DNA from: Macrostomum lignano | Lineage: Eukaryota | Direction: 5' to 3' | Length of the DNA stretch: 64,000 nt | NCBI GenBank assembly: GCA_002269645.1 | Contig: NIVC01000822.1 | Span: forward strand, 1-64,000 | Shown here: positions 37,501-50,029 of the stretch, in pieces | Layout: each line of letters starts with the position of its first letter | Numbering within the stretch: position 1 is the first letter of the stretch | Notes under the pieces: model-generated | Told to the model about the DNA's origin: nothing | Database searches by the model: none | The model's input: only the letters and a program-made list of their open reading frames with translations | Made by a program: the position numbers and the translations under genes

Positions 37501-40500
37501 TTCGTTAACCAGTGAGTGGGTGCGGGACTGTGCTGGCAACCTCACCTATGGGACTTTCGTTAACCAGTGAGTGGGTGCGGGACTGTGCTGGCAACCTCAC
37601 CTATGGGACTTTCGTTAACCAGTGAGTGGGTGCGGGACTGTGCTGGCAACCTCACCTATGGGACTTTCGTTAACCAGTGAGTGGGTGCGGGACTGTGCTG
37701 GCAACCTCACTTATAAACCAGGAATCTTCCAGAGATTTTTTCGTTGACAGTGACGTACTATTAATATTTTCTTATTCGCACAACCTTATAGGTCGATATC
37801 ACAGCTGCAGCTCGCACCAAAGGAGGATGGTCACGTGATGAGCTGGGTAACCGACAGCATGTGGGGCAGCGCGGCTAATCAGGTGAGATTTTGTGGATTT
37901 TAAATCCCGCCGTGTTAAAAATTGCTAGATTTGGTTAGGGTGGCACAAGGGTAGCGCTCAGATAGTGCACTGATAAATTCCACGTTCATTTGGTGCACAC
38001 GTACTGGTTTTCGCTGACGAGAGCCAAGGCACAAGGCGTAGCGGAAATCGCCTCTTCGCTGGCTGCAGGTCGACTGGATCGCCAGAAGTTTCTGCAAAAT
38101 TACAAAAAGATTCACAATTTAAAATCCAGAAATATGCAGGGCTGCCGCTACAAAATTATTATATATTCAGCACGTGACCCAACTGCAGGTGAAATTTCTC
38201 AACTCCGCGCGCATGAAGCTGAGCATCATTTTCGGCACCCTGCATTTGGGCCTCGGCCTCGCCCTCCAACTCGTCAACGACATCCGAGCTGGCCGGACCG
38301 CCCGCGTGTGGCTGTTCAGCTCCGCCAAGATGGCCTTCCACTGCCTGCTGATGGGCTACCCCGTGGCCCTCATCCTGCGCAAGTGGCTGGCCGTGCTGCC
38401 CCGCGATGCCGCCTGCGCTCCCGCCCTGCTGCCCATGCTGATCGCCATGTACCGCCTGGAGTACACGGAGACACCTTGCTACCTGGCCACCTACTATTCC
38501 GGACAGGTGGGTGAGCTCTGCACTAATATTGGGGACGCTGATCCCATAATGGTCTATTGGGGATGCTGATCCCATCATGGTCTGTTGGGGATGCTGATCC
38601 CATCATGGTCTATTGGGGATGCTGGTCCCATCATGGTCTATTGAGGATGCTGATCCCATCATGGTCTGTTGGGGATGCTGATCCCATCATGGTCTATTGG
38701 GGATGCTGGTCCCATCATGGTCTATTGAGGATGCTGATCCCATCATGGTCTGTTGGGGATGCTGATCCCATCATGGTCTGTTGGGGATGCTGATCCCACA
38801 TGGTCTATTGGGGACGCTGATCCCATCATGGTCTATTGAGGATGCTGATCCCATCATGGTCTGTTGGGGATGCTGATCCCATCATGGTCTATTGGGGATG
38901 CTGGTCCCATCATGGTCTATTGAGGATGCTGATCCCATCATGGTCTGTTGGGGATGCTGATCCCATCATGGTCTGTTGGGGATGCTGATCCCATCATGGT
39001 CTATTGGGGATGCTGGTCCCATCATGGTCTATTGAGGATGCTGATCCCATCATGGTCTGTTGGGGATGCTGATCCCATCATGGTCTATTGGGGATGCTGG
39101 TCCCATCATGGTCTATTGAGGATGCTGATCCCATCATGGTCTGTTGGGGATGCTGATCCCATCATGGTCTGTTGGGGATGCTGGTCCCATCATGGTCTGT
39201 TGGGGATGCTGGTCCCATCATGGTCTATTGGGGATGCTGATCCCACATGGTCTATTGGGGACGCTGATCCCAGAATGGTCTATTGGGGATGCTGATCCCA
39301 TCATGGTCTGTTGGGGATGCTGGTCCCATCATGGTCTGTTGGGGATGCTGATCCCATCATGGTCTGTTGGGGATGCTGATCCCATCATGGTCTGTTGGGG
39401 ATGCTGATCCCATCATGGTCTGTTGGGGATGCTGGTCCCATCATGGTCTGTTGGGGATGCTGGTCCCATCATGGTCTATTGGGGATGCTGATCCCACATG
39501 GTCTATTGGGGACGCTGATCCCATAATGGTCTATTGGGGATGCTGATCCCATCATGGTCTGTTGGGGATGCTGGTCCCATCATGGTCTATTGGGGATGCT
39601 GATCCCACATGGTCTATTGGGGACGCTGATCCCATAATGGTCTATTGGGGATGCTGATCCCATCATGGTCTGTTGGGGATGCTGGTCCCATCATGGTCTA
39701 TTGGGGATGCTAGCCCCATCATGGTATTTTGGGTACACAGATCCCACGGTCACTCTAAGCGGCCAGTCTGCATTCAGAAGCCACGAGCCCTCCCAACCCA
39801 ATGCCCGCCCGCCCGCAGCGCTACGTGGAGCACGCCATTGTAGCCGGCGTAGCGGCCAGCGCTCTGCTCGCCATCTTCGGGTTGCCGATCCACCATGCGC
39901 TGACCAGTAGAGGCAGTAGCAGCTCCAAGGCGAAGGCGGAACAGAAACTGACGGCTGCAGCCACCGACGTCCCCGGAGACCGCGAAGAAGAGGAGATTGG
40001 CAGGGGCAAGTCTGACTCGGCGATGCCGCTGACGCCCCTGTCATCGTCCAGCAACTCCGGCAGTCGAGGAAAGTCGCTGCCGAAGCTCGAGCCGGAGCCG
40101 CTGGACTGTGCTCACGGGGAGAAGCAGTTCGACCTGCTTGAGCACTGCCTGGCCTGCTTTGAGTTCTTGCTCAGCTCGCTGTCGCATTCGGCCTCCTACC
40201 TGCGACTGTGGGCCATCGGACTTGCGCACGGAGGTGACGGCTGCCAGACTAACAGCTTTGGAATAAATAGAAGCAGGAAAGCTTCTGTTTCTATGCCATA
40301 CTGTGCACTGGAGTTTGTGTTTATGCCATACTGTGCATTGGAGTTTGTGTTTATGCCATGATGTGCATTGGAGTTTGTGTTTATGCCATACTGTGCACTG
40401 GAGTTTGTGTTTATGCCATACTGTGCACTGGAGTTTGTGTTTATGCCATACTGTGCATTGGAGTTTGTGTTTATGCCATACTGTGCACTGGAGTTTGTGT

Positions 40501-42213
40501 TTATGCCATGCTGTGCATTGGAGTTTGTGTTTATGCCATGCTGTGCACTGGAGTTTGTGTTTATGCCATACTGTGCATTGGAGTTTGTGTTTATGCCATA
40601 CTGTGCACTGGAGTTTGTGTTTATGCCATACTGTGCACTGGAGTTTGTGTTTATGCCATACTGTGCATTGGAGTTTGTGTTTATGCCATACTGTGCACTG
40701 GAGTTTGTGTTTATGCCATACTGTGCATTGGAGTTTGTGTTTATGCCATACTGTGCACTGGAGTTTGTGTTTATGCCATACTGTGCATTGGAGTTTGTGT
40801 TTATGCCATGATGTGCACTGGAGTTTGTGTTTATGCCATACTGTGCACTGGAGTTTGTGTTTATGCCATGCTGTGCACTGGAGTTTGTGTTTATGCCATA
40901 CTGTGCATTGGAGTTTGTGTTTATGCCATACTGTGCACTGGAGTTTGTGTTTATGCCATGCTGTGCACTGGAGTTTGTGTTTATGCCATGATGTGCACTG
41001 GAGTTTGTGTTTATGCCATACTGTGCACTGGAGTTTGTGTTTATGCCATGCTGTGCACTGGAGTTTGTGTTTATGCCATGATGTGCACTGGAGTTTGTGT
41101 TTATGCCATGATGTGCACTGGAGTTTGTGTTTGTGCCATGCCGTGCCCTGTGATTCCGCCTCAAGCACTTATCTCTCAAGTCCTCTTCACCCGCCGGCAG
41201 AGCTGACGGCGATCATGTGGCCGATGCTGCTGATGCCGCCCACCCGCCTGGCGGATCTGCTGGCTGCCAGTCCCACAGCCGCCCTGCTGCTGGGTGGCCT
41301 TACCCTGGCGGCCAGCTTCTGCCTGTGGGCCTGCATCACAGTGTGCATCCTGGTTGGCATGGAGGGCATGACGGCCCTGCTGCACTCGCTGCGGTTGCAC
41401 TGGTGAGTCTGGTGGAGGGGCTTCTAGCGAGCTGCATTGCGTCTGACTTTCACTAAAGTCTTTGGGTTCGATTCCGCTCGCAGCCACATTCCCTTCATTC
41501 ACGGAGAGTGTATGCCTGCGTACGTAGCCGAGTGCCATTCCGTATAGGTGTGCGGCTAAAGTAATCTGCAGGAGGAGTGTGACTGCAATTGCCTCCTCGT
41601 TGGCTGCGGGGTCGCCTTGCGGCAACGCCTGCAAAAGCCCCTGTGAGCGCCCGAAAGCCCCTGTGAGAGCTCCAAAGCCCGTGTGAGCGCCCTAAAGCCC
41701 ATGTGAGAGCCCTAAATAAAGCCCATGTGACCGCCCTAAAGCTTATGTGAGAGCCCTAAAGGCCATGTGAGCGCCCCAAAGCCCCTGTGAGAGCCCTAAA
41801 GCCCATCCATGTAAGCCCATCCATTTGAGCGCCCCATGCAAAGCCCTTGTGAGTGCCCTAAAGTCCATGTGAGCGCCCTAAAGCCCATGTGAGCGGTCAA
41901 AAGCCCCTGTGAGCGCCCAGAAGCCCCTGTGAGAGCCCTAATTAAAGCTCATGTGAGATGACCGCAAGCGACAGGGGAACCCAGCTCAGCCAAACTCAGC
42001 GGTCTGGCTGTAGTGTGTGGCTCAGTTTGGCTGAACTCTACAGAGAATAGGCTGCTCACTGCCTTGCACCCCGCCCTTCACAGGATTGAGTTCCAGTCCA
42101 AGTTCTACTCGGGGGCCGGCTACATGTTCCGACCTTTCTCCCTCAAAGCGGAGGTCAGGCAGGCCATGGACAGTTGCGCGGATTTCGCGGCCTCTGGTGA
42201 GGAATTCCACTGA
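34550..42213 (+). CDS. V-type H+-ATPase V0 subunit a (divergent paralog), ~902 aa
   Basis: Exons 34550-34897, 35196-35324, 35399-35529, 35896-35992, 36389-37236, 37792-37882, 38189-38506, 39819-40233, 41201-41402, 42084-42213 (2709 nt, all GT-AG and in frame). Motifs FPFLFAIMFADWGHG, FLNSARMKLS, SHSASYLRLWAIGLAH, MEG..ALLHSLRLHWIEFQSKFY. Confidence 0.9.
35530..35850. repeat. G-rich repeats starting at the V-ATPase exon 3 donor
   Basis: CCTGGCTGGAGCTGTGTAGCGTTGGGGGGG units, plus re-occurring GTGAGTGCC donor-like copies. Confidence 0.85.
36140..36370. repeat. ~21-22-bp minisatellite upstream of the V-ATPase exon 5 acceptor
   Basis: CCACCCGATCTCAATGGTTT-type units. Confidence 0.9.
37205..37710 (+). 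repeat. 55-bp tandem repeat x9 containing the exon 5 3' end and its 5' splice site
   Basis: Unit GGCAACCTCACCTATGGGACTTTCGTTAACCA|GTGAGTGGGTGCGGGACTGTGCT starting at 37205, 37260 ... 37645. Confidence 0.98.
38530..39725. repeat. 28-bp minisatellite (~42 copies), V-ATPase intron
   Basis: Unit GGGGATGCTGATCCCATCATGGTCTATT. Confidence 0.97.
40290..41140. repeat. 30-bp minisatellite (~28 copies), V-ATPase intron
   Basis: Unit TTATGCCATACTGTGCACTGGAGTTTGTGT. Confidence 0.98.
41405..41640 (+). mobile_element. Probable tRNA-derived SINE
   Basis: A-box-like TGGTGGAGGGG (41410-41420) and B box GGTTCGATTCC (41465-41475) at tRNA-like spacing, followed by a body and a simple-repeat tail. Confidence 0.5.
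41640..41960. repeat. ~20-bp degenerate minisatellite
   Basis: AAAGCCCATGTGAGCGCCCT-type units. Confidence 0.88.
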
Positions 42214-42684
42214 GCTACATGTACATCAGGAAGTCTAGCTGGAACTTTGCTACTGTACAAACTGTTTCGGATCGTTATTGTGAACGCATTGTTGAATTTA
42301 CTATGCCAGCATGCGATGCTGTAATACTCTAAAATATTACCTCTGTTTTACTACTTTATCGATTACCTCCTGTCAAATTCTCACAAAACAACAAAATTTC
42401 CGTAGTGCTTCACCTGGTCGGATCATGGACCAATGATGCCACATTCATGTCGGAACTCTTCGAATTTATAAACAAACATTTTGAAGGCCATGTTACGGTT
42501 CGAAACGCGTTAGCAAGATTGTTTAGTTTTTTAGCGCTCAATTGGCAACTCGTCTGAACTTCCAACATGCAAGAAATTCGGCCTGTTTGCTTTGATCGGA
42601 GTCGCTTTACAAAATTGCCGATTTTAAGTTTTAAAAAGATACTGTAGGACACAGCAGAGGCTAAGTGTGCTTTATGTACTTGTA

Positions 42685-42730
42685 CGTATTGTACTTGTAC
42701 TTGTACTTGTACTTGTACTTGTACGTACTT
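42685..42730. repeat. (TACTTG)n microsatellite
   Basis: GTACTT repeated about 6 times. Confidence 0.9.
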
Positions 42731-44118
42731 AAACGGCTTTGCTCATACGATACATGGTCAGTCATCAGCATTAGAGATTCAAGCAGAGAGAAAGAGGGTT
42801 TCTGCTGTGCCGACTGCAGATGCGGATAAACTGAAAAACTGCTACTGCTACAAAAGGCCTTAAGTTGCAGCATTGTTTGCGTCGCAATATGAGAGCATCC
42901 GGGATCGCTCGTTGTTCTTTAGAATTGCTGCATTTTCCAGTCTGCTACCTGCGCATACCTTTTCAAATGCACGATTTAATCCGTCTTAATTATATATCTT
43001 ATATACCTATTTGAGATTGTCAAAACTGCAATAAATTTCGCCCACAGAAACTCATGCACATCCATGTCCCGTTATGACTCAAGACGGGGGCTTGCGGACA
43101 AACAAATTCATTAAAACGTTGGGAGTTTCTGCAATTGGGTGCTTTTTGCAGAAAGCAGCCAAGTCAAAGAGCCTACATGTATTACGCAAAGACTTCAAAA
43201 TCGACTGCAGCTTGAAATTTCTCCATGGTATTTGAGGACTGTAAATTTGGCATTTTGTATTTGCTTCAACAGTTCTCACTGAGCAGGTATTTGAGAAACG
43301 GTTTGCCACGCTCATTGCCGGTCCAATAGTGGGATTCGACAGGTAATCCGCCGCTCCGATAATCCGCTCTCATTAAGAGGCAGAGTTTACACAATATCCT
43401 TATTTTCTCACTGGGGCTGCGCGAGTCGCAGAGGGAGACTCAGCATTCTTTCAAATCGTAATTATTAAACATAGTTTATAATAACAAAAAAAATAATAAT
43501 AACCACCCACGCCCTCTCCGCAGTGTCAATAGCAATTCAGAGACAAACAGTGGCGGGCATTTCGCATCAAGCCGCACTCGATATGATGGCACAGGCCCGC
43601 AAAGCAGATCAAACTGACTATTTCAATGCAGACATTTCCAATTACGTGTATTTCAATACAAACTCAAAAAGGCAAATGGTAAAAACCTGCGAGAGAAAAA
43701 AGCAAATTTCAAACACAAACTGTGATTGCTGGAAAATTAAGCCAAAAGCAAAGTAATCTAAAACTAAAATGAGATTCGATGACAAAGGTTCCAGTGAAAT
43801 GATAAGATATTATACTATATTAGTCAGATATGATTGGCAGCAAAAAAGCAAAAAGGTAAAAAGGTGAACGAATGATGCCCAGAAATTTTTAAATCGAAAA
43901 AGAATTCGCGTGTGGACAAGCGTTAAAAAATGAGCTTCAAGTGAAATTGTGACTAGATAAGGTGGCTCAGGTAGCAGAGCATTGCAGTGACTGTCAGAAT
44001 CAAGCAGAGCATACGCAGATAATAAGCGAATCACAGCGACAACAGAAGCGGCAAGAGGCCGCCAGACTCCAGAACCCAGTAGCCTCCGCAACTTCCCCGG
44101 CATTCGCCACCGCTGCTA

Positions 44119-47100
44119 CTAATAGTAGGAGGCGTTGCGCCAGTAGGCGGGGTTGGGCCGGCCGTAGCGGGGCGGCAGCCGCTCCGTGTCGTAGCCGAGG
44201 CCCTCCAGCATTGGCGCCAGGCGGGGCGCGGCCAGGGCGAACTCTGGCGACATGCCACGCGCCCAGGCCGCCAGGCTGGCCAGGTACAGCGGCTGGCGCA
44301 CCTGATCGGAGCTGCGCTCGGTGTCTGAGAGGCGCACCTGGCGTCCGACCTCCAGCCAGGGTGACAGCATAGCCGGCTCCGATGGCAGGCCGAGGAATTC
44401 GGACACCCGGCCGACCCAGAGCGGCGGGTCCAAGACCAGGTCCTCGTAGCGGACCGCCAGACAGCGGGACCCCAGCTCCTGACACTGCCGGTACATCACC
44501 GACACCTGAGGGTCAGAGAAAAATGTCAGAAACGTTTTGACAGCCAATTTGCATTGTCGGCAACTACTGACACAATTGACACGATCATACATTGCGAGCT
44601 AATACCCTACAGCTACTGACACAATTGACACGATCATACATTGCGAGCTAATACCCTACAGCTACTGACACAGTTGACACGATCATACATTGCGAGCTAA
44701 TACCCTACAGCTACAGACACAATTGACACGATCATACATTGCGAGCTAATACCCTACAGCTACTGACACAATTGACACGATCATACATCGCGAGCTAATA
44801 CCCTACAGCTACTGACACAGTTGACACGATCATACATTGCGAGCTAATACCCTACAGCTACTGACACAGTTGACACGATCATACATTGCGAGCTAATACC
44901 CTACAGCTACTGACACAGTTGACACGATCATACATCGCGAGCTAATACCATACAGCTACTGACACAGTTGACACGATCATACATTGCGAGCTAATACCCT
45001 ACTGACACAATTGACACGATCATACATTGCGAGCTAATACCCTACAGCTACTGACACAATTGACACGATCATACATCGCGAGCTAATACCCTACAGCTAC
45101 TGACACAGTTGACACGATCATACATTGCGAGCTAATACCCTACAGCTACTGACACAGTTGACACGATCATACATTGCAAGCTAATACCCTACAGCTACTG
45201 ACACAGTTGACACGATCATACATCGCGAGCTAATACCATACAGCTACTGACACAGTTGACACGATCATACATTGCGAGCTAATACCCTACTGACACAATT
45301 GACACGATCATACATTGCGAGCTAATACCCTACTGACACAATTGACACGATCATACATTGCGAGCTAATACCCTACAGCTACTGACACAATTGACACGAT
45401 CATACATTGCGAGCTAATACCCTACTGACACAGTTGACACGATCATACATTGCGAGCTAATACCCTACTGACACAGTTGACACGATCATACATTGCGAGC
45501 TAATACCCTACTGACACAGTTGACACGATCATACATTGCGAGCTAATACCCTACTGACACAGTTGACACGATCATACATTGCGAGCTAATACCCTACTGA
45601 CACAGTTGACACGATAATACATTGCGAGCTAATACCCTACAGTTTTGGCTCAGCACCCTATCGGGCACTTTAACAAACCTGGGCGTTCCACCTGGCCAGG
45701 CAGTCCATGGGCCGGTTGAGATCAAACCCGGTGATGCGGATCTTCCTGCTGATAGCCGAGTGAACGAAGGCGCGTCCATCCCGCAGCATGAGGATGAACT
45801 TAGCGCTGGGAAACAGCCGGCCGAGCAGGCGCGAGTGGGCCATGATGTAGGGGTCCTTGGCGCAGAGGCGGCGTGACGGCGGCCCATTGCGCATGAGAAT
45901 CTGCACGGCGAGTTTTGGTGATCGAAGACCCGTTTTCATAACAATGCACAAGCGAGATAAGAACACCCCCCCCCTACTACGTGTTTGGCACCTCTATCCA
46001 AAGCGAATTCACAAGTCAATTCAGCCAAAAAACCTTGGAAAATCCTCTAAATTCTGGCTCTGTGCCCTCCTGAGGGATGGGTAGCAGCAAGTGTTAGAGG
46101 CCGATCTCGAATTCTTGAAAAGCATGAATTGGATAATTAGGTTTTTACCACAGACAAAAACTCTGTGGTAAAGCCTCCAGCTTTTGTCGTTTCCTGACCC
46201 AGTATTAAAGTAGTCCCTGGCACCACGCCAGCTGAATTTTTGCGATTGGAAAGGTGCCTTACTTAGTCTGTTCCCGCCGCAGCCTCACCTGCATGATAAA
46301 GGCGGCAGTGGCGGCCTCCAGAGGGCGGCCCAAAATGCCGGCCGCCCTCAGCCGCTGCGACTCGAGCTTCTCGGTCTCCCACCGGGTCAGCAGTTGCAGC
46401 AGGCGCGGCACAACGCGAGTCTCCACGCCGCAGCGCACAGCGGAGTGCGCGTCAAGGATGGTCCGCATGAGGGTGGTCCCGCTGCGGGGCATGCCGCCTA
46501 TGAAGACGAACGGGTGATCCGCGGTCACCGAGTAAACCACCTGGCATGGGGGAGCGCTGACAGTCATTGCATGCTGGCAAATGAGCAAATGTATCAAAAT
46601 ATGGCACAGCTCAGTCAGCAGGGACACAGCTTGGTCAGCAGGGACACAGCTCAGTCAGCAGGGACACAGCTCAGTCAGCAGGGACACAGCTCAGTCAGCA
46701 GGGACACAGCTCAGTAAGCAGGGACACAGCTCAGTCAGCAGGGACACAGCTCAGTCAGCAGGTACACAGCTCAGTCAGCAGGGACACAGCTCAGTCAGCA
46801 GGGACAAAGCTCAGTCAGCAGGGACACAGCTTGGTCAGCAGGGACACAGCTCAGTCAGCAGGTACACAGCTCAGTCAGCAGGTACACAACTCAGTCAGCA
46901 GGTACACAGCTCAGTCAGCAGGGACACAGCTCAGTCAGCAGGGACACAGCTTGGTCAGCAGGGACACAGCTCAGTCAGCAGGTACACAGCTCAGTCAGCA
47001 GGTACACAACTCAGTCAGCAGGTACACAGCTCAGTCAGCAGGGACACAGCTCAGTCAGCAGGGACACAGCTTGGTCAGCAGGGACACAGCTCAGTCAGCA

Positions 47101-47441
47101 GGTACACAGCTCAGTCAGCAGGTACACAACTCAGTCAGCAGGTACACAGCTCAGTCAGCAGGGACACAGCTCAGTCAGCAGGGACACAGCTTGGTCAGCA
47201 GGGACACAGCTCAGCCTATACAACAATAGTGTGAATCGCAACAATTATAGAAGAGTCTCACAGTCTGATTGGCGTCCTGCAGCTGCTCGGTGATGGAGAG
47301 ACTGGGCTGGCAGGGGGCAAAGGGTCCCCAGCCCAGCCAGTACATGGTCAAGGCGCACAGGCCGCTCAGACAGGCCACGACTGATCCCCTGCGCTTCGGC
47401 CGATGCCAGAAACAGCGGAGCCAGTGGCAGTGGGTTGTCAT
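44119..47441 (-). CDS. TPST: Protein-tyrosine sulfotransferase, ~346 aa
   Basis: Exons 47441-47262, 46540-46289, 45900-45679, 44505-44119. N-terminal membrane anchor; FIGGMPRSGTTLMR (PAPS loop), CGVETR, LCAKDPY, RDGRA..HS, ERSSDQV, APMLEGLGYD. Catalytic R/E/K/S positions appear retained. Confidence 0.96.
44564..45650. repeat. 49/43-bp minisatellite, TPST intron
   Basis: Unit CTACTGACACAATTGACACGATCATACATTGCGAGCTAATACC(CTACAG). Confidence 0.97.
46604..47215. repeat. 20-bp minisatellite with 120-bp higher-order repeat, TPST intron
   Basis: Unit CAGCAGGGACACAGCTCAGT; a six-monomer variant pattern repeats from about 46801 to 47210. Confidence 0.96.
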
Positions 47442-48439
47442 GGCAACCTGTCTGAACGGATCAACGCGCCGCCATAAGAAAGAAACAAAGAAAAGGGATT
47501 TGAAAGACTTGACTCTGTTTCAGTCTAAATGACTGCATTGGCCGGGGGTCCCGGGTTTCGATTCGGCATCAATGTGGGGAGAGCTTGTGAATCTGGTACG
47601 AATGATGGCCAGTGTCAAAGGACACAGCATAGAAGCGCAAATACCTACATGAAAATGGGAGTCATGACAGCTGCACATCCGGTGTGCCGAGAAGAGTCAG
47701 TGGAATAAGGAGAAAAGCATCGGCCGAAGGCGTCACACACCCTGCATTGGGGTCCAGCTCATCGAAAAAAAGTGTAGCAAAGTCCAGTTCAAAGTGCCAG
47801 CTTCAGGCTGTTTATTTAAGAAGTAAATTGGCATGATTAGCGGGCTTCAATAAAAATCGAAATCGTCATTATTGTTCCACGCGAAATGTCTGGGTTATGA
47901 CTGGCCAGAGGTGGCAGAAGACGCGATAAAATTTACTGTGTTAAAAAGACACCGAAAACCGGAAGGTAAAGGTTAAGTCAATGGAAAGTCGAGTAGGTCA
48001 AATATCTGTACAGCAGGCATAAACTAGCAGCGCTCGCCTGGCTGGGAGGGGCTGCTTGCGCCTAGCTGGCCTTGAACTGATCGAGAGCGCGGGCGCCAAT
48101 GTGGTGCACATGGCATGGTGGAAGCAGGCACAGACTGAATACGGTAAATTGTTTTGAGCTTCAAATTCAAGATTCAAGATTTTCAAATTTGAGTTTGATG
48201 TAACACGAAATTTAAACCACTGACTGTATTGATAATGTTGTCCTAAAGAATCCCCGACAAGAGATTCAAGATCACGGAAAAAATTATACCGATCGATTGA
48301 GAGCATTTTTCAGCATAAGGAAAAAACAGTGGCTTTCTAATAGAAAAAAAGAAATCAAAATGACTGCGGCGAATGGGTTTCTACCGGAGGGCAAACAGGA
48401 ATGCATGCACCCAACCCTTGATTGAGCCAATTCGATTGC

Positions 48440-49895
48440 TACTTACTCACTCAGCCAATTTGATTGCAGGCACCTCAACATGGGACACCTCAGCTACTCA
48501 CTCAGCCAATTTGATTGCAGGCACCTCACCATGGGACACACCTCAGCTACTCACTCAGCCAATTTGATTGCAGGCACCTCAACATGGGACACCTCAGCTA
48601 CTCACTCAGCCAATTTGATTGCAGGCACCTCACCATGGGACACCTCAGCTACTCACTCAGCCAATTTGATTGCAGGCACCTCAACATGGGACACCTCAGC
48701 TACTCACTCAGCCAATTTGATTGCAGGCACCTCATCATGGGACACCTCAGCTACTCACTCAGCCAATTTGATTGCAGGCACCTCACCATGGGACACACCT
48801 CAGCTACTCACTCAGCCAAGTTGATTGCAGGCACCTCAACATGGGACACCTCAGCTACTCACTCAGCCAAGTTGATTGCAGGCACCTCATCATGGGACAC
48901 CTCAGCTACTCACTCAGCCAATTTGATTGCAGGCACCTCATCATGGGACACCTCAGCTACTCACTCAGCCAATTTGATTGCAGGCACCTCACCATGGGAC
49001 ACACCTCAGCTACTCACTCAGCCAATTTGATTGCAGGCACCTCACCATGGGACACACCTCAGCTACTCACTCAGCCAAGTTGATTACAGGCACCTCAACA
49101 TGGGACACCTCAGCTACTCACTCAGCCAAGTTGATTGCAGGCACCTCATCATGGGACACCTCAGCTACTCACTCAGCCAATTTGATTGCAGGCACCTCAC
49201 CATGGGACACACCTCAGCTACTCACTCAGCCAATTTGATTGCAGGCACCTCACCATGGGACACACCTCAGCTACTCACTCAGCCAAGTTGATTACAGGCA
49301 CCTCATCATGGGACACCTCAGCTACTCACTCAGCCAATTTGATTGCAGGCACCTCATCATGGGACACCTCAGCTACTCACTCAGCCAAGTTGATTGCAGG
49401 CACCTCAACATGGGACACCTCAGCTACTCACTCAGCCAAGTTGATTGCAGGCACCTCATCATGGGACACACCTCAGCTACTCACTCAGCCAATTTGAATG
49501 CAGGCACCTTACCATGGGACACACCTCAGCTACTCACTCAGCCAATTTGATTGCAGGCACCTCACCATGGGACACACCTCAGCTACTCACTCAGCCAAGT
49601 TGATTGCAGGCACCTCATCATGGGACACCTCAGCTACTCACTCAGCCAATTTGATTGCAGGCACCTCATCATGGGACACCTCAGCTACTCACTCAGCCAA
49701 GTTGATTGCAGGCACCTCATCATGGAACACCTCAGCTACTCACTCAGCCAAGTTGATTGCAGGCACCTCATCATGGGACACCTCAGCTACTCACTCAGCC
49801 AGTTTGATTGCAGGCACCTCATCATGGGACACCTCAGCTACTCACTCAGCCAATTTGATTGCAGGCACCTCACCATGTGACACCTCAGCTACTCG
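48440..49895. repeat. 51/53-bp minisatellite (~28 copies) between TPST and the ENPP-like gene
   Basis: Unit GCAGGCACCTCATCATGGGACAC(AC)CTCAGCTACTCACTCAGCCAATTTGATT. Confidence 0.97.
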
Positions 49896-50029
49896 CTCAA
49901 CAAGTGGCTCAGAGACCAGCATACAGTTGCGCTTCATGCAAGCAGCATATATCTAGGTGGCAGGTGTCAATCAAGCGGTCAAATGGAAAATAACTACTAA
50001 AAATCTGGCTCAATCTCCGAGCCAGTTAG

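Noticed and set aside
38530-39725. CRISPR-like array (28-bp units with an internal GGGAT...ATCCC hairpin)
   Set aside because: Units are contiguous with no unique spacers, there are no cas genes, and the array lies in a eukaryotic intron. The same applies to all other arrays in the window.
40041-41406. Long repetitive ORFs (WHKHKLQCTV, VHWSLCLCHT etc.)
   Set aside because: Translations of the 30-bp minisatellite in several frames; only the flanking V-ATPase exons are coding. The same holds for ORFs over the 20-, 28- and 51-bp arrays.
43329-43340. Reverse B-box-like GTGGGATTCGAC suggesting a tRNA gene
   Set aside because: No matching A box or cloverleaf stems could be built.
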